Shown piece after piece: positions 33,310 through 42,446 of a stretch of DNA of 60,340 bases. How positions within the stretch are numbered: position 1 is the first letter of the stretch; the number at the start of each line of letters is the position of its first letter. Position numbers and translations under genes: made by a program. Under the pieces are notes generated by a model, which saw only the letters and a program-made list of their open reading frames with translations, searched no databases and was not told where the DNA came from. The stretch is from positions 1-60,340 of the forward strand of contig SHYO01000002.1 in NCBI GenBank assembly GCA_009692745.1, read 5' to 3'. The stretch is from Chloroflexota bacterium (GTDB lineage Bacteria; Chloroflexota; Anaerolineae; Epilineales; SHYO01).

Positions 33310-36246
33310 ATGCAAGAAATCCGGCGAGTGGTCCTTTATCGAAGACGACGGGCCCGCAAGCCAAATCGGCTGGGTATAATTCTCATCGGACTAACCCTTG
33401 TAATTATGACAATTCTTTTAGTAACCGTATTGGCTGCCGGTGCCTTTATTTCAGCCACAGCCACCTCACTGGCAATTGGCTATAACTATTTTACTGCTGA
33501 CTTGCCAGATCCCTCAGAGGTTGGTCGCCAAACTGAAGTACAAGCTTTCCAAACGTCCAAAATCTATGACCGGACCGGGAAGGAATTACTCTACGAAATC
33601 ATCGATCCTCAGGGGGGTAGACGTACACCGGTATCCTTCGACAAGATCCCTCAGTGTTTGATAGACTCGATAGTAGTTATGGAAGATAAATCTTTCTGGA
33701 CTAACCCTGGTTTTGACTTTCGCCGCATGGTAGGTGCCGTTTACAACACGTTGCGCGGGGAGGATATTCAAGGGGGAAGTTCCATCACACAACAGCTTAT
33801 TAAGAATGTCATTATCCCGGTCAATGAGCGCGCCGAATTGAGCCCAAGTCGCAAAATAAAAGAGCTCATATTAGCCTGGGAATTATCCGACCGATACCCA
33901 GGGATTGAAGGTAAAAAGAAGATCCTGGAATGGTACCTTAACACTGTGTTTTACGGAAATCTGGCTTATGGACCTGAAGAAGCGGCTGAAATCTATTTTG
34001 GTAAGCATGTAAATGAGCTGAATCTCGGTGAATGTACTATGCTGACTCAGATACCGCAAAGCCCGGCGCGCAACCCTATAGATAATCTGGATGATGCCCG
34101 CGAGCGGCAGCATCTGATTCTTTCCGTCATGGAAAGAGAGGGGCTGATCACCTCAGAAGAGGCCAAAGCAGCTAAGAATATGCCTCTCGGGCACCCGAAG
34201 CTCAAATCAAACGTCACGCGCATTATTGCCCCCCATTTTGTGGATTATGTCCGCTCACTGCTGGAACGGGATTATGGTCAGAGTCGCATCTACCGTGATG
34301 GCTTAAAAGTTTATACTACAATCGATTTGAACCTACAGAATATTGCCGAAGAAGAAGCCCGCAAGCAGATAGCCAACTTGCTCGAGAGTGGGCACCATGC
34401 CTCCAATGCTTCTGTAGTGTCCATTAATCCGCGCACAGGCGAAATCCTGGCAATGCTCGGGAGTATAAATTACTTTGACACCAATATCGATGGGCAAGTA
34501 AATGTAGCAACCTCTCAAAGACAACCAGGCTCCTCAATTAAACCTTTTACCTACCTGACTTCATTTTTACAGGGATACAGCCCAGCAACAGTGCTTTTAG
34601 ATGTGCGCACTGTCTTCCCGGATCCACCCAGTCCTCCTTATGCGCCTGAAAATATCGATCGCAAATATCACGGGTTCAAATCACTCCGCCTGGCTCTGGC
34701 TAACTCTTATAATATCCCTGCGGTAAAGCTTTTGGACATTGTCGGTATTCAGAATATGCTGGATACTGCTCATAAATCGGGTATTACCAGCCTAAACCGG
34801 GGTAGCGAGTACTATGGTTTGAGCGTTACCTTAGGAGGGGGCGAAGTCCGTCTGCTTGATATGGCTTATGCTTATTCGGTTTTTGCCAACGAAGGTCGCA
34901 TGGCCGGGTTGCCGGTTCCTGAGGAGAATCGCCGTACCGGGTTAAGACAACTAGATCCGGTAGCTATACTCCGTGTAGAGGATAGCCAGGGAAATGTGCT
35001 TTTCAGTTACCAAAAGCCCGAAATAAAACAGATCATCGATCCTCGTTACATATATTTATTGACAAATGTGCTAACCGATAATCTTTCCCGCGCAGAAACA
35101 TTCGGTTCAGCGGATACGCTACGCTTAAACGGTGGTCGCCCGGCGGCTGTCAAGACTGGCTCCACCAATGGCTGGCACGATGCCTGGACGATTGGTTATA
35201 CCCCCCAGTTGGTGACAGGTGTGTGGGTGGGCAATACCGATGGCACAGAAATGAAGGATGTGCCCGGTTCCTTCGGGGCGGCGCCAATCTGGAAGGCTAT
35301 CATGGATAGAGCTCTAGAAGGCAACCCCGCGGAGGACTTTATCGAGCCGCCAGGAATTAGCCATGTGCGTGTTTGTATCGACTCCGGACTTTTGCCCACG
35401 GAGAATTGTCCGCCGGATCGCCAACGCACGGAAATCTTTATCAAAGGGAATGAGCCAACTGCCCATGACAATGTGTATCAGAAATTCCGTATTTGCAAAA
35501 CCTCTGGTAAGCTGGCAACCGTTTTCTGTCCCCCGGATCAGGTGGAAGAGAAGGTGTTCGCGGTCTATCCACCTGAAGCGGCAGACTATGTGCGAGATAA
35601 TAAGATCGAGCAACCCCCCAAGGAGTATGACAATACCCAAGGTTCAGGTCCGTCGGATCAGGACGTAGCTATCACAGCTCCTGCCCCATATCAATACATC
35701 CGAGGCGAGATATCTATTATAGGCAACGTTCAGGGCGGGGATGTGCAATTCTATCGTCTTCAATTTGGACAGGGCATGGATCCGTCTTCATGGACTCAAA
35801 TCGGAGCTGATCATGCAAATCAGGTCCAAAATAATGCCCTGGAATCATGGGATGTCAGCAAAGTAGAGGAAGGGCTTTATACGATGCAACTTATGGTGCA
35901 TTATCGCGATGGCCGTGAGCGTGTTGCATCCCATCAGGTTTGGATAGACAATAATCCCCCTAAAATTCAAATCGTGAGTCCTGTGCCGGCGAAAGTATAC
36001 TATGTCAAAGAGGATGAATGGATATCGTTAGCGGTAGAAGCTCAGGATAAGGTTTCCATGGATCGGGTCGTATTTTTTGTCGACGGTCAAGAAGTTGGCA
36101 CGAGTTCAGTATCCCCATATAATCTCAAATGGAATTTGTTCGCCGGTAGTGTAGGTAACCATTCGGTTTATGTGGTGGGCTACGACGCCGCCGGAAACGA
36201 GACCAAATCAGAATCAGTGCGCTTTGTGGTACGGGCCAACCGGTGA
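33310..36246 (+). CDS. class A penicillin-binding protein (PBP1A-type transglycosylase/transpeptidase) with C-terminal Ig-like domains
   Basis: GT51 motifs EDKSFWTNPGFD and GGSSITQQL. Transpeptidase motifs SSIKP and KTGST. N-terminal TM anchor. Confidence 0.9.
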   Translation: MQEIRRVVLYRRRRARKPNRLGIILIGLTLVIMTILLVTVLAAGAFISATATSLAIGYNYFTADLPDPSEVGRQTEVQAFQTSKIYDRTGKELLYEIIDPQGGRRTPVSFDKIPQCLIDSIVVMEDKSFWTNPGFDFRRMVGAVYNTLRGEDIQGGSSITQQLIKNVIIPVNERAELSPSRKIKELILAWELSDRYPGIEGKKKILEWYLNTVFYGNLAYGPEEAAEIYFGKHVNELNLGECTMLTQIPQSPARNPIDNLDDARERQHLILSVMEREGLITSEEAKAAKNMPLGHPKLKSNVTRIIAPHFVDYVRSLLERDYGQSRIYRDGLKVYTTIDLNLQNIAEEEARKQIANLLESGHHASNASVVSINPRTGEILAMLGSINYFDTNIDGQVNVATSQRQPGSSIKPFTYLTSFLQGYSPATVLLDVRTVFPDPPSPPYAPENIDRKYHGFKSLRLALANSYNIPAVKLLDIVGIQNMLDTAHKSGITSLNRGSEYYGLSVTLGGGEVRLLDMAYAYSVFANEGRMAGLPVPEENRRTGLRQLDPVAILRVEDSQGNVLFSYQKPEIKQIIDPRYIYLLTNVLTDNLSRAETFGSADTLRLNGGRPAAVKTGSTNGWHDAWTIGYTPQLVTGVWVGNTDGTEMKDVPGSFGAAPIWKAIMDRALEGNPAEDFIEPPGISHVRVCIDSGLLPTENCPPDRQRTEIFIKGNEPTAHDNVYQKFRICKTSGKLATVFCPPDQVEEKVFAVYPPEAADYVRDNKIEQPPKEYDNTQGSGPSDQDVAITAPAPYQYIRGEISIIGNVQGGDVQFYRLQFGQGMDPSSWTQIGADHANQVQNNALESWDVSKVEEGLYTMQLMVHYRDGRERVASHQVWIDNNPPKIQIVSPVPAKVYYVKEDEWISLAVEAQDKVSMDRVVFFVDGQEVGTSSVSPYNLKWNLFAGSVGNHSVYVVGYDAAGNETKSESVRFVVRANR

Positions 36247-36349
36247 GGATCGCGGAATCGATAGTTGGTCAAGTATTATGCCAACGCGTTGCATGCACGA
36301 TTCGTATTGCTAACTAAATCTATTTCATTGAGCAAAGGAGCCAATTACC

Positions 36350-37519
36350 ATGAGCGTACCAACAGCATCCTCCTTCGTGCCTGGGTTAGAAGGAGTGGTG
36401 GCTGCCCAAACGCGGCTAAGCAGTGTAGATGGGCTGGCAGGTGAGCTAATTATCGCTGGATTCCCCTTAGAGAGATTGGCTAGTAATGCCACATTCGAAG
36501 AAACAGTCTATTTGCTCTGGCACGACGCTCTGCCGAATGTCGCGCAGTTAGATGATTTTCGGCAGGAACTGGCTGTGGATCGTTCTCTAATCCCGGCGAC
36601 TTTGGATCTGTTAAAGGCAGCCGCCGCCCAAAAAGTCGATGCGATGGATGCCTTGCGCATGGCTGCTAGTACCTTGAGTTTGCGAGTACCGGGGGAGCAA
36701 GCGGCGAATCTCTCCCATGAAGAAGCTAATAAGCGAGATGCTCGCATTTTGGTAGCTCAATTCCCCACGATAGTAGCTGCCTATTGGCGATTGACGGAAG
36801 GCAATGATCCGATAGAACCTCGCGGAGATTTAAGTCATGCGGCCAACTATTTATATATGCTTTTTGGCGCTATTCCCAGTGCTGAGCGTACTCGGGGTAT
36901 GGAAACATACCTGAATACCGTAGTCGATCATGGCTTAAACGCTTCTACATTCGCAGCACGGGTGATCATCGCTACCCAATCAGATATGATCTCCGCTATT
37001 GTTGGCGCCGTAGGCGCATTGAAGGGGCCGCTACATGGGGGTGCCCCGGGCCCCGCCTTGGACATGGTATTCGAAATCGGAGATGCGAGCCGGGCTGAGA
37101 CGGTCTTACGGGAAAAGATCGAAAGAGGTGAACGGCTGATGGGCTTTGGACATCGCGTCTACAAGGTGCGTGATCCACGCGCTGACGTATTAGCTGCGGC
37201 TTCTGAGCGCCTATACCGGGCAGACGGGGATATGGCACTCTATAATTTGTCACGGGAAGTTGAAAAAACAGCTCTGGCCTTGCTTGAGGAATATAAACCG
37301 GGTAGAAACTTAAAGACCAATGTGGAATTCTATACTGCGCTCCTCTTACATGGCTTGGGATTACCTACACCCCTCTTTACCTCCACATTTGCGATTAGCC
37401 GGGTAGCTGGTTGGACAGCCCACTGTTTTGAACAACAGCAGGCGGGTAGATTGATCCGGCCACAATCAGAGTATATTGGAGTGAAGGATCGACATTGGCT
37501 CTCTGTGGATCAAAGATAA
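36350..37519 (+). CDS. citrate synthase (short, type-I-like form)
   Basis: GPLHGGA, GFGHRVYK and the DPRA motif. AAAGGAG RBS. Confidence 0.9.
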   Translation: MSVPTASSFVPGLEGVVAAQTRLSSVDGLAGELIIAGFPLERLASNATFEETVYLLWHDALPNVAQLDDFRQELAVDRSLIPATLDLLKAAAAQKVDAMDALRMAASTLSLRVPGEQAANLSHEEANKRDARILVAQFPTIVAAYWRLTEGNDPIEPRGDLSHAANYLYMLFGAIPSAERTRGMETYLNTVVDHGLNASTFAARVIIATQSDMISAIVGAVGALKGPLHGGAPGPALDMVFEIGDASRAETVLREKIERGERLMGFGHRVYKVRDPRADVLAAASERLYRADGDMALYNLSREVEKTALALLEEYKPGRNLKTNVEFYTALLLHGLGLPTPLFTSTFAISRVAGWTAHCFEQQQAGRLIRPQSEYIGVKDRHWLSVDQR

Positions 37520-37534
37520 CAATTTATGCGGTTG

Positions 37535-37579
37535 CAGCGAGAGATATTAATCACGGCAGGTGATTGATACCTCCCGCTG
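37535..37579. terminator. compound hairpin between convergent genes (CAGCGAGAG...CTCCCGCTG enclosing AATCAC-GGCAG-GTGATT)
   Basis: The outer stem has one mismatch and the inner 6-bp stem is perfect. Lies between the citrate synthase stop and the anti-sigma stop. Confidence 0.4.
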
Positions 37580-37581
37580 GT

Positions 37582-37959
37582 TTATGCGGCTTGGTTGCGG
37601 CGATGCCCCAGAATTACTAGAGCTAGCAGTCCGGCCACAGATACTACCGATCCTACACCGACGACGGCCACGCCTATCAACTGGCGTTCATTAGCGCGCA
37701 TCGGCGCCTCTTTTAGCACGGATAAAAGCTCTGCTTTCAAATCAGATCTGAAAGATTCCTCTGGCCGAATTGGGTTGAATAGATTTCTTAGCCTTACTGC
37801 CATGTTCAGCAGTGGTTCCAATTCATTCCGCTGCTTTGGAAATGCAAACAGATATACGTCGAGGCCGCCTTTGGGTGATTCCAAAGCGTTTCCCCATTGG
37901 TGTTCCAGGGTATCGGCGTGTGCTGACAGTATTTCAGTTACTAGTTCTTCGTTGGACAT
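37582..37959 (-). CDS. putative tail-anchored anti-sigma factor
   Basis: Starts 13 nt downstream of the ECF sigma gene. 125 aa with a single TM at the extreme C-terminus (IGVAVVGVGSVVSVAGLLALVIL). No HxxxCxxC motif. Confidence 0.55.
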   Translation of the reverse strand: MSNEELVTEILSAHADTLEHQWGNALESPKGGLDVYLFAFPKQRNELEPLLNMAVRLRNLFNPIRPEESFRSDLKAELLSVLKEAPMRANERQLIGVAVVGVGSVVSVAGLLALVILGHRRNQAA

Positions 37960-37972
37960 TAAGAATCACCCC

Positions 37973-38605
37973 TTAGAAACCACGTTTGCGCATTTCTTCC
38001 CGTAAAGATACTAATGTTCGGTGATATAGCGATTTGATTGCTCCTTCGCTACGTCCCAGTAACTCACCGATCTCGGCATTGGACCAGTCTTCGCTAAATT
38101 TCAGGATCAAAAGCGTTTGTCTCTCGTCAGGCAAATCCCGCACCAAATGATGCAGCAACCGGGTTTCCTCATTTGCTTCAACCAAGTCTCCCGGCTCGGC
38201 TAACTCTCCTGATGCTGAGGATTGATGTTGGTTGGGAAATGGAAAAGCATCAAGGCTTACCAAATGCCAGCGGTGGCGGTCTCTATGCCAATTCGAGATT
38301 AAATTATGGGCAATTCTATAAAGCCAAATAGCTACCGGAATTCCTCTGGGCGTAAACTTCTGAATGTGTCCAATGGCACGATGGAAGGTGCGCGCCGTGA
38401 GGTCTTCTGCATCCGCCCGATTACCCGTGCGCTGATAACAATAGTTGTAGATACGATCTACGTATAATTCGTAAAGCTCACCGAAAGCCGCTGGATCTTC
38501 CTTGATCCTTTGAATTAGGGCTTCTTCTTCGCGTATAGCATCTCTATCTATAATAACACCGGAATTGGATAAAGGTTGCTGTATTAAGGCATTTATAGTT
38601 GACAA
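37973..38605 (-). CDS. ECF-type sigma-70 family RNA polymerase sigma factor
   Basis: Region 2 (FGELYELYVDRIYNYCY...DAEDLTARTF) and region 4 (LPDERQTLLILKFSEDWSNAEIGELLGRSEGAIKSLYHR). TTG start per the ORF track. Confidence 0.85.
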   Translation of the reverse strand: MSTINALIQQPLSNSGVIIDRDAIREEEALIQRIKEDPAAFGELYELYVDRIYNYCYQRTGNRADAEDLTARTFHRAIGHIQKFTPRGIPVAIWLYRIAHNLISNWHRDRHRWHLVSLDAFPFPNQHQSSASGELAEPGDLVEANEETRLLHHLVRDLPDERQTLLILKFSEDWSNAEIGELLGRSEGAIKSLYHRTLVSLREEMRKRGF

Positions 38606-38848
38606 AGTTGTGCTAAGCTTTCTATATGTTGGCTATTGGAGTATGGATACCATCTAAGGTGACCTGACTTTTAAATTAGATATGTACATTGTGCGATTTA
38701 TTACTTGAGAGAGGTCGCTTCTTGTGGTAAAATTCTACCCACTTGGTTTAATCTGGTCAACTGTTGGTTTTCAATTATACTTGATCTTTCAGTTTGCCAT
38801 CCTTTGAGTAATGTCTTGGAGTTAGCCAGGCAGTTTGAGGAGTTAGAT

Positions 38849-39376
38849 ATGAAAATCCGGATAGAACGCCGTATTATTCGCGACCTTAATTTGAACGATA
38901 ACAATTCACCGGAACGGGATCTTAAAAGTCTTGCTCTGGATCGTAAAAATTTCCAGCGGCTGCAAGGGGAAATGGATTGGTTACTGGATGGCTTCTTTTC
39001 TACTCGTCCATGGCTTAACCCCGGTGTGCTTTCGGTTAGAGCTGGGCAATATCAGGTATGGAGTCCGGCCACAGATGTATACGAAATCGAAGATACCTTT
39101 GTTGTAAAGGTTGAAATCGCCGGCATGCAGGAACAAAATTTCCACATTTACCTGGTGGAAAATCACCTGATAATCGAAGGTGTGAGGGAGGATGATACCA
39201 CCAAGCGTGCCTACCAACAAATGTCTATTAGCTACGGCCGTTTCAGAACAGTGGTACACATTCCAGGATATATCGATGAAGAGCGCGTTGAGGCTAATTA
39301 TCGAGAAGGATTTCTCACCGTGCTACTGCCGAAAGGGCACCGTCGAGAGCGCCAAATTCCCATTACTGCGGACTAA
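38849..39376 (+). CDS. small heat-shock protein, Hsp20/alpha-crystallin family
   Basis: I prefer ATG 38849 (GAGGAG upstream). WSPATDVYEIEDTFVVKVEIAGM...EANYREGFLTVLLPK is a typical alpha-crystallin domain. Confidence 0.85.
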   Translation: MKIRIERRIIRDLNLNDNNSPERDLKSLALDRKNFQRLQGEMDWLLDGFFSTRPWLNPGVLSVRAGQYQVWSPATDVYEIEDTFVVKVEIAGMQEQNFHIYLVENHLIIEGVREDDTTKRAYQQMSISYGRFRTVVHIPGYIDEERVEANYREGFLTVLLPKGHRRERQIPITAD

Positions 39377-39525
39377 CCAAGCCGATTTGCCGCTTGGGCA
39401 GAGTGGGTCTTAGATATTCGCTGTTATAGTAAACAGTCATGGATGAAGAGGTATATGTAGTGTAATCTTTTGCCTTATCTGTTTGATGAAATACAGCTAC
39501 ATTCGTAATGTATTGAGGAGCAATC

Positions 39526-42216
39526 ATGAATTTTCCAGACAAAGATCAAGACGAAGCTTTGGAGCTGGCGGAATCTACAAGCCAAGGCGACGATGAGCCT
39601 CAGGGTGAGCCTGAAGGTGAATCTGAGATCCAGCCTTCCGATAGTCGATTGGTGGAAAATGTTCAAAATATCCAGGAAGTGGGCAAAAACACCAATCAGA
39701 CTATACCTGAAGTTCTACCTATTCTGCCGCTGCGCAATGTTGTAGTCTATCCATTAACTTTCCTTCCCCTTTCTGTAGGGCAACCTCGGTCCATTAAGCT
39801 CGTAGATGATGCCGCACTGGGGGATCGCATCGTCGGTCTGGTTGCGATGAAGGATTCTTCAATCGAGGAGCCTTCCCCAGATGATGTATACCAGGTTGGG
39901 ACTGTGGCCCTGATTCACCGGCTGGTAAAGTCGCCCGATGGTAGTATCGGCTTGTTTGTCCAAGGCCTGGAACGCTTCCGCATCAGCGAATTTGTACAAC
40001 AGGAACCCTACCTCAAAGCTCGGATTCAGGTTTTGGAGGATAAGATTGAAGATACGTTGGAAATGAAAGCGCTCATGCGCAACACCTTAGAGTTATTCCA
40101 ACGTCTAGTCTCTTTGGTTTCCTACTTGCCCGAAGAGTTGTTGCAAGCTGCTAGTAATATCGAAGACCCACGTCAACTGGTTTACCTGGTGGCGAATAGT
40201 GTCCGCATTGACATCATTGAAGCCCAACGTATCCTAGAGTTAGATGCAGTCCGCGATAAGCTCATGGCTCTCAATAATCTTTTGACACGTGAGCTGGAGG
40301 TACTTGAGTTGGGCAAGAAGATACAAACAGAAGCCCAGAGTGAAATGAGCAAGATGCAACGCGAGTTTTTCTTGCGCGAGCAGATGAAAGCGATTCAACG
40401 GGAGCTCGGCGAGGGCGATGAGCAAACCGTGGAAATTAACGAGTTGCGTCAAAAAGTAGAGTCGGCTGGGATGCCTCCGGAGGCGGAACGTGAGGCCCGC
40501 CGTGAGTTGGATCGTCTTGCCAGGTTGCCCGCAGCGGCGGCTGAGTACGGCGTGATTCGCACCTATCTGGATTGGTTAATTAGTCTACCATGGTCAGTTT
40601 CAACAAAAGATAATCTTGATATTGCCCATGCCCGCAAGGTGTTGGATGAAGATCATTATGATCTGGATGAGATCAAGGACCGCATCCTGGAATTCTTGGC
40701 TGTGCGCAAATTGTCGTTGGAGCGACATAATGAGGCATTGGAGGGCGATGATCAACCGGTTAGGGTAACCGGCGCCGAGGGTTCAAAAGGTGCTATATTG
40801 TGCTTCATTGGCCCTCCAGGTGTTGGTAAAACCTCGCTGGGCCAATCAATTGCCCGCGCTCTCGGTCGAGAGTTCATCCGTATGTCCCTCGGCGGGATGC
40901 ATGATGAGGCCGAAATCCGGGGCCACCGCCGTACCTACATTGGCGCTTTGCCCGGGAGGATTGTTCAAGGGATTCGTCGCGCCGGGACCCGTAATCCCGT
41001 TTTTATGCTGGATGAGATTGATAAGGTTGGAGCCGATTTCCGAGGGGACCCGTCATCAGCTTTACTTGAAGTGTTAGATCCTGCTCAGAACCATGATTTT
41101 CGTGACCATTACCTGGATGTACCTTTTGATCTTTCACAAGTAATGTTCATTGCCACCGGAAATATGATGGAGACAATATCTCCTCCTTTACGTGACCGGA
41201 TGGAAATTCTCCAGCTATCCGGTTATGCTGAGGAGCAAAAACTTGTTATCGTCCAACGCCATCTCGTTGACCGGCAGATTAAAGCGAACAGTCTCAGCCC
41301 GGCGGAGATCAGTTTTGAAGAAGCAGCCTTGCGGCGTATCATTCAGGAATATACCCGTGAAGCAGGTGTGCGAAATCTAGAGCGGGAAGTCGGCAAGGTC
41401 TGCCGCAAAGTGGCTACTGCTATTGCTGAAGGCAATACATCGCATGTGACTGTTCGGGCCGAAGATGTGCCTCAGTATCTTGGCTCCCAGCGTTTCTATT
41501 TTGAAGCCGCCGAGCGCACAGAGATTCCTGGAGTGGCAACCGGTATGTTTTACACTCCCGTAGGTGGTGATATCTTGTTTGTCGAAGCCACGAGTATGCC
41601 GGGGCACAAAGGATTAACTATTACCGGCCAACTGGGTTCTGTTATGAAGGAATCCGCAATGGCTGCTCTAAGTTATGTGAGATCCAAGGCAGCCATGTTG
41701 GGGATCAATCCTGACTTCTATTCTAAAACGGATATCCATCTACACGTCCCGGCGGGCGCAGTGCCCAAGGATGGGCCATCGGCTGGCGTAACTATGGCTA
41801 CTGCTCTTGTATCTCTGCTCACCGGTAGACCGGTCAAATCCAATGTGGCTATGACCGGCGAGATCACTCTCCGTGGTTTGGTTTTGCCGGTTGGGGGGAT
41901 CAAAGAGAAGGTCCTGGGAGCCCACCGCGCTGAGTTGGATACCATCATCCTTCCTAGGCGCAATGCCAAAGATGTAGAGGAATTACCGGAGAATGTGCGT
42001 AAAGATCTGAAATTTATTTTTGCTGAAACTATTGACGAGGTTCTGGCGGCTGCGCTTCAAGAAAAGCCGGTCCGTGAGCCGATAGAACCCATTGCATCGT
42101 CCCCGGAACATGAACCCGAGAGGGAGACTGGTGGGCACGTCATCGTCGTATCCAATGATGCAGAGGGACAACCTCTTGAACCGGCTTACTCCGACCCGGG
42201 ATCACAGGGAGAATAA
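39526..42216 (+). CDS. lon: ATP-dependent Lon protease (LonA type) with an acidic N-terminal extension
   Basis: LON N-domain ([13 protein letters not shown]), Walker [10 protein letters not shown], and the protease active site [10 protein letters not shown]. Confidence 0.95.
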   Translation: MNFPDKDQDEALELAESTSQGDDEPQGEPEGESEIQPSDSRLVENVQNIQEVGKNTNQTIPEVLPILPLRNVVVYPLTFLPLSVGQPRSIKLVDDAALGDRIVGLVAMKDSSIEEPSPDDVYQVGTVALIHRLVKSPDGSIGLFVQGLERFRISEFVQQEPYLKARIQVLEDKIEDTLEMKALMRNTLELFQRLVSLVSYLPEELLQAASNIEDPRQLVYLVANSVRIDIIEAQRILELDAVRDKLMALNNLLTRELEVLELGKKIQTEAQSEMSKMQREFFLREQMKAIQRELGEGDEQTVEINELRQKVESAGMPPEAEREARRELDRLARLPAAAAEYGVIRTYLDWLISLPWSVSTKDNLDIAHARKVLDEDHYDLDEIKDRILEFLAVRKLSLERHNEALEGDDQPVRVTGAEGSKGAILCFIGPPGVGKTSLGQSIARALGREFIRMSLGGMHDEAEIRGHRRTYIGALPGRIVQGIRRAGTRNPVFMLDEIDKVGADFRGDPSSALLEVLDPAQNHDFRDHYLDVPFDLSQVMFIATGNMMETISPPLRDRMEILQLSGYAEEQKLVIVQRHLVDRQIKANSLSPAEISFEEAALRRIIQEYTREAGVRNLEREVGKVCRKVATAIAEGNTSHVTVRAEDVPQYLGSQRFYFEAAERTEIPGVATGMFYTPVGGDILFVEATSMPGHKGLTITGQLGSVMKESAMAALSYVRSKAAMLGINPDFYSKTDIHLHVPAGAVPKDGPSAGVTMATALVSLLTGRPVKSNVAMTGEITLRGLVLPVGGIKEKVLGAHRAELDTIILPRRNAKDVEELPENVRKDLKFIFAETIDEVLAAALQEKPVREPIEPIASSPEHEPERETGGHVIVVSNDAEGQPLEPAYSDPGSQGE

Positions 42217-42367
42217 TACCAATATTATTCGTCAAGTAGGTAGGATAATGCTTGTGGCAGATCAATATCATCGTGTTCGGGTTATTCGTTAAAGAATGAA
42301 GATTGAGGGATTTGTCTTAATCAGCAAGCTATTGCATGTGGATGGGTGCCTAATACTTTACAGACGC

Positions 42368-42399
42368 AATTAGCTATCAGCTCCTGCTGATAGCTAATT
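42368..42399. other. perfect 14-bp stem hairpin: AATTAGCTATCAGC-TCCT-GCTGATAGCTAATT
   Basis: Read directly. Lies 150 nt after the lon stop and 48 nt before the next ATG. No T-tract. Confidence 0.45.
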
Positions 42400-42446
42400 C
42401 TTGATGGGCGAATAGGTTTACAAACTGGATTGAAGAGAGCAAAAGG

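Noticed and set aside
37595-38005. 136-aa plus-strand ORF overlapping the anti-sigma gene.
   Set aside because: It is antisense to a gene that is positioned 13 nt downstream of its sigma factor. It has no RBS and a Ser/Thr/Arg-rich low-complexity product.
38606-38848. Looked for CIRCE (TTAGCACTC-N9-GAGTGCTAA), ROSE or fourU RNA thermometers upstream of hsp20. Noted the ATGTACAT palindrome at 38682-38689 and a repeated GGAGTTAG.
   Set aside because: There is no CIRCE-like inverted repeat and no U-rich stretch complementary to the GAGGAG Shine-Dalgarno. The 8-bp palindrome and short direct repeat are too small to interpret.
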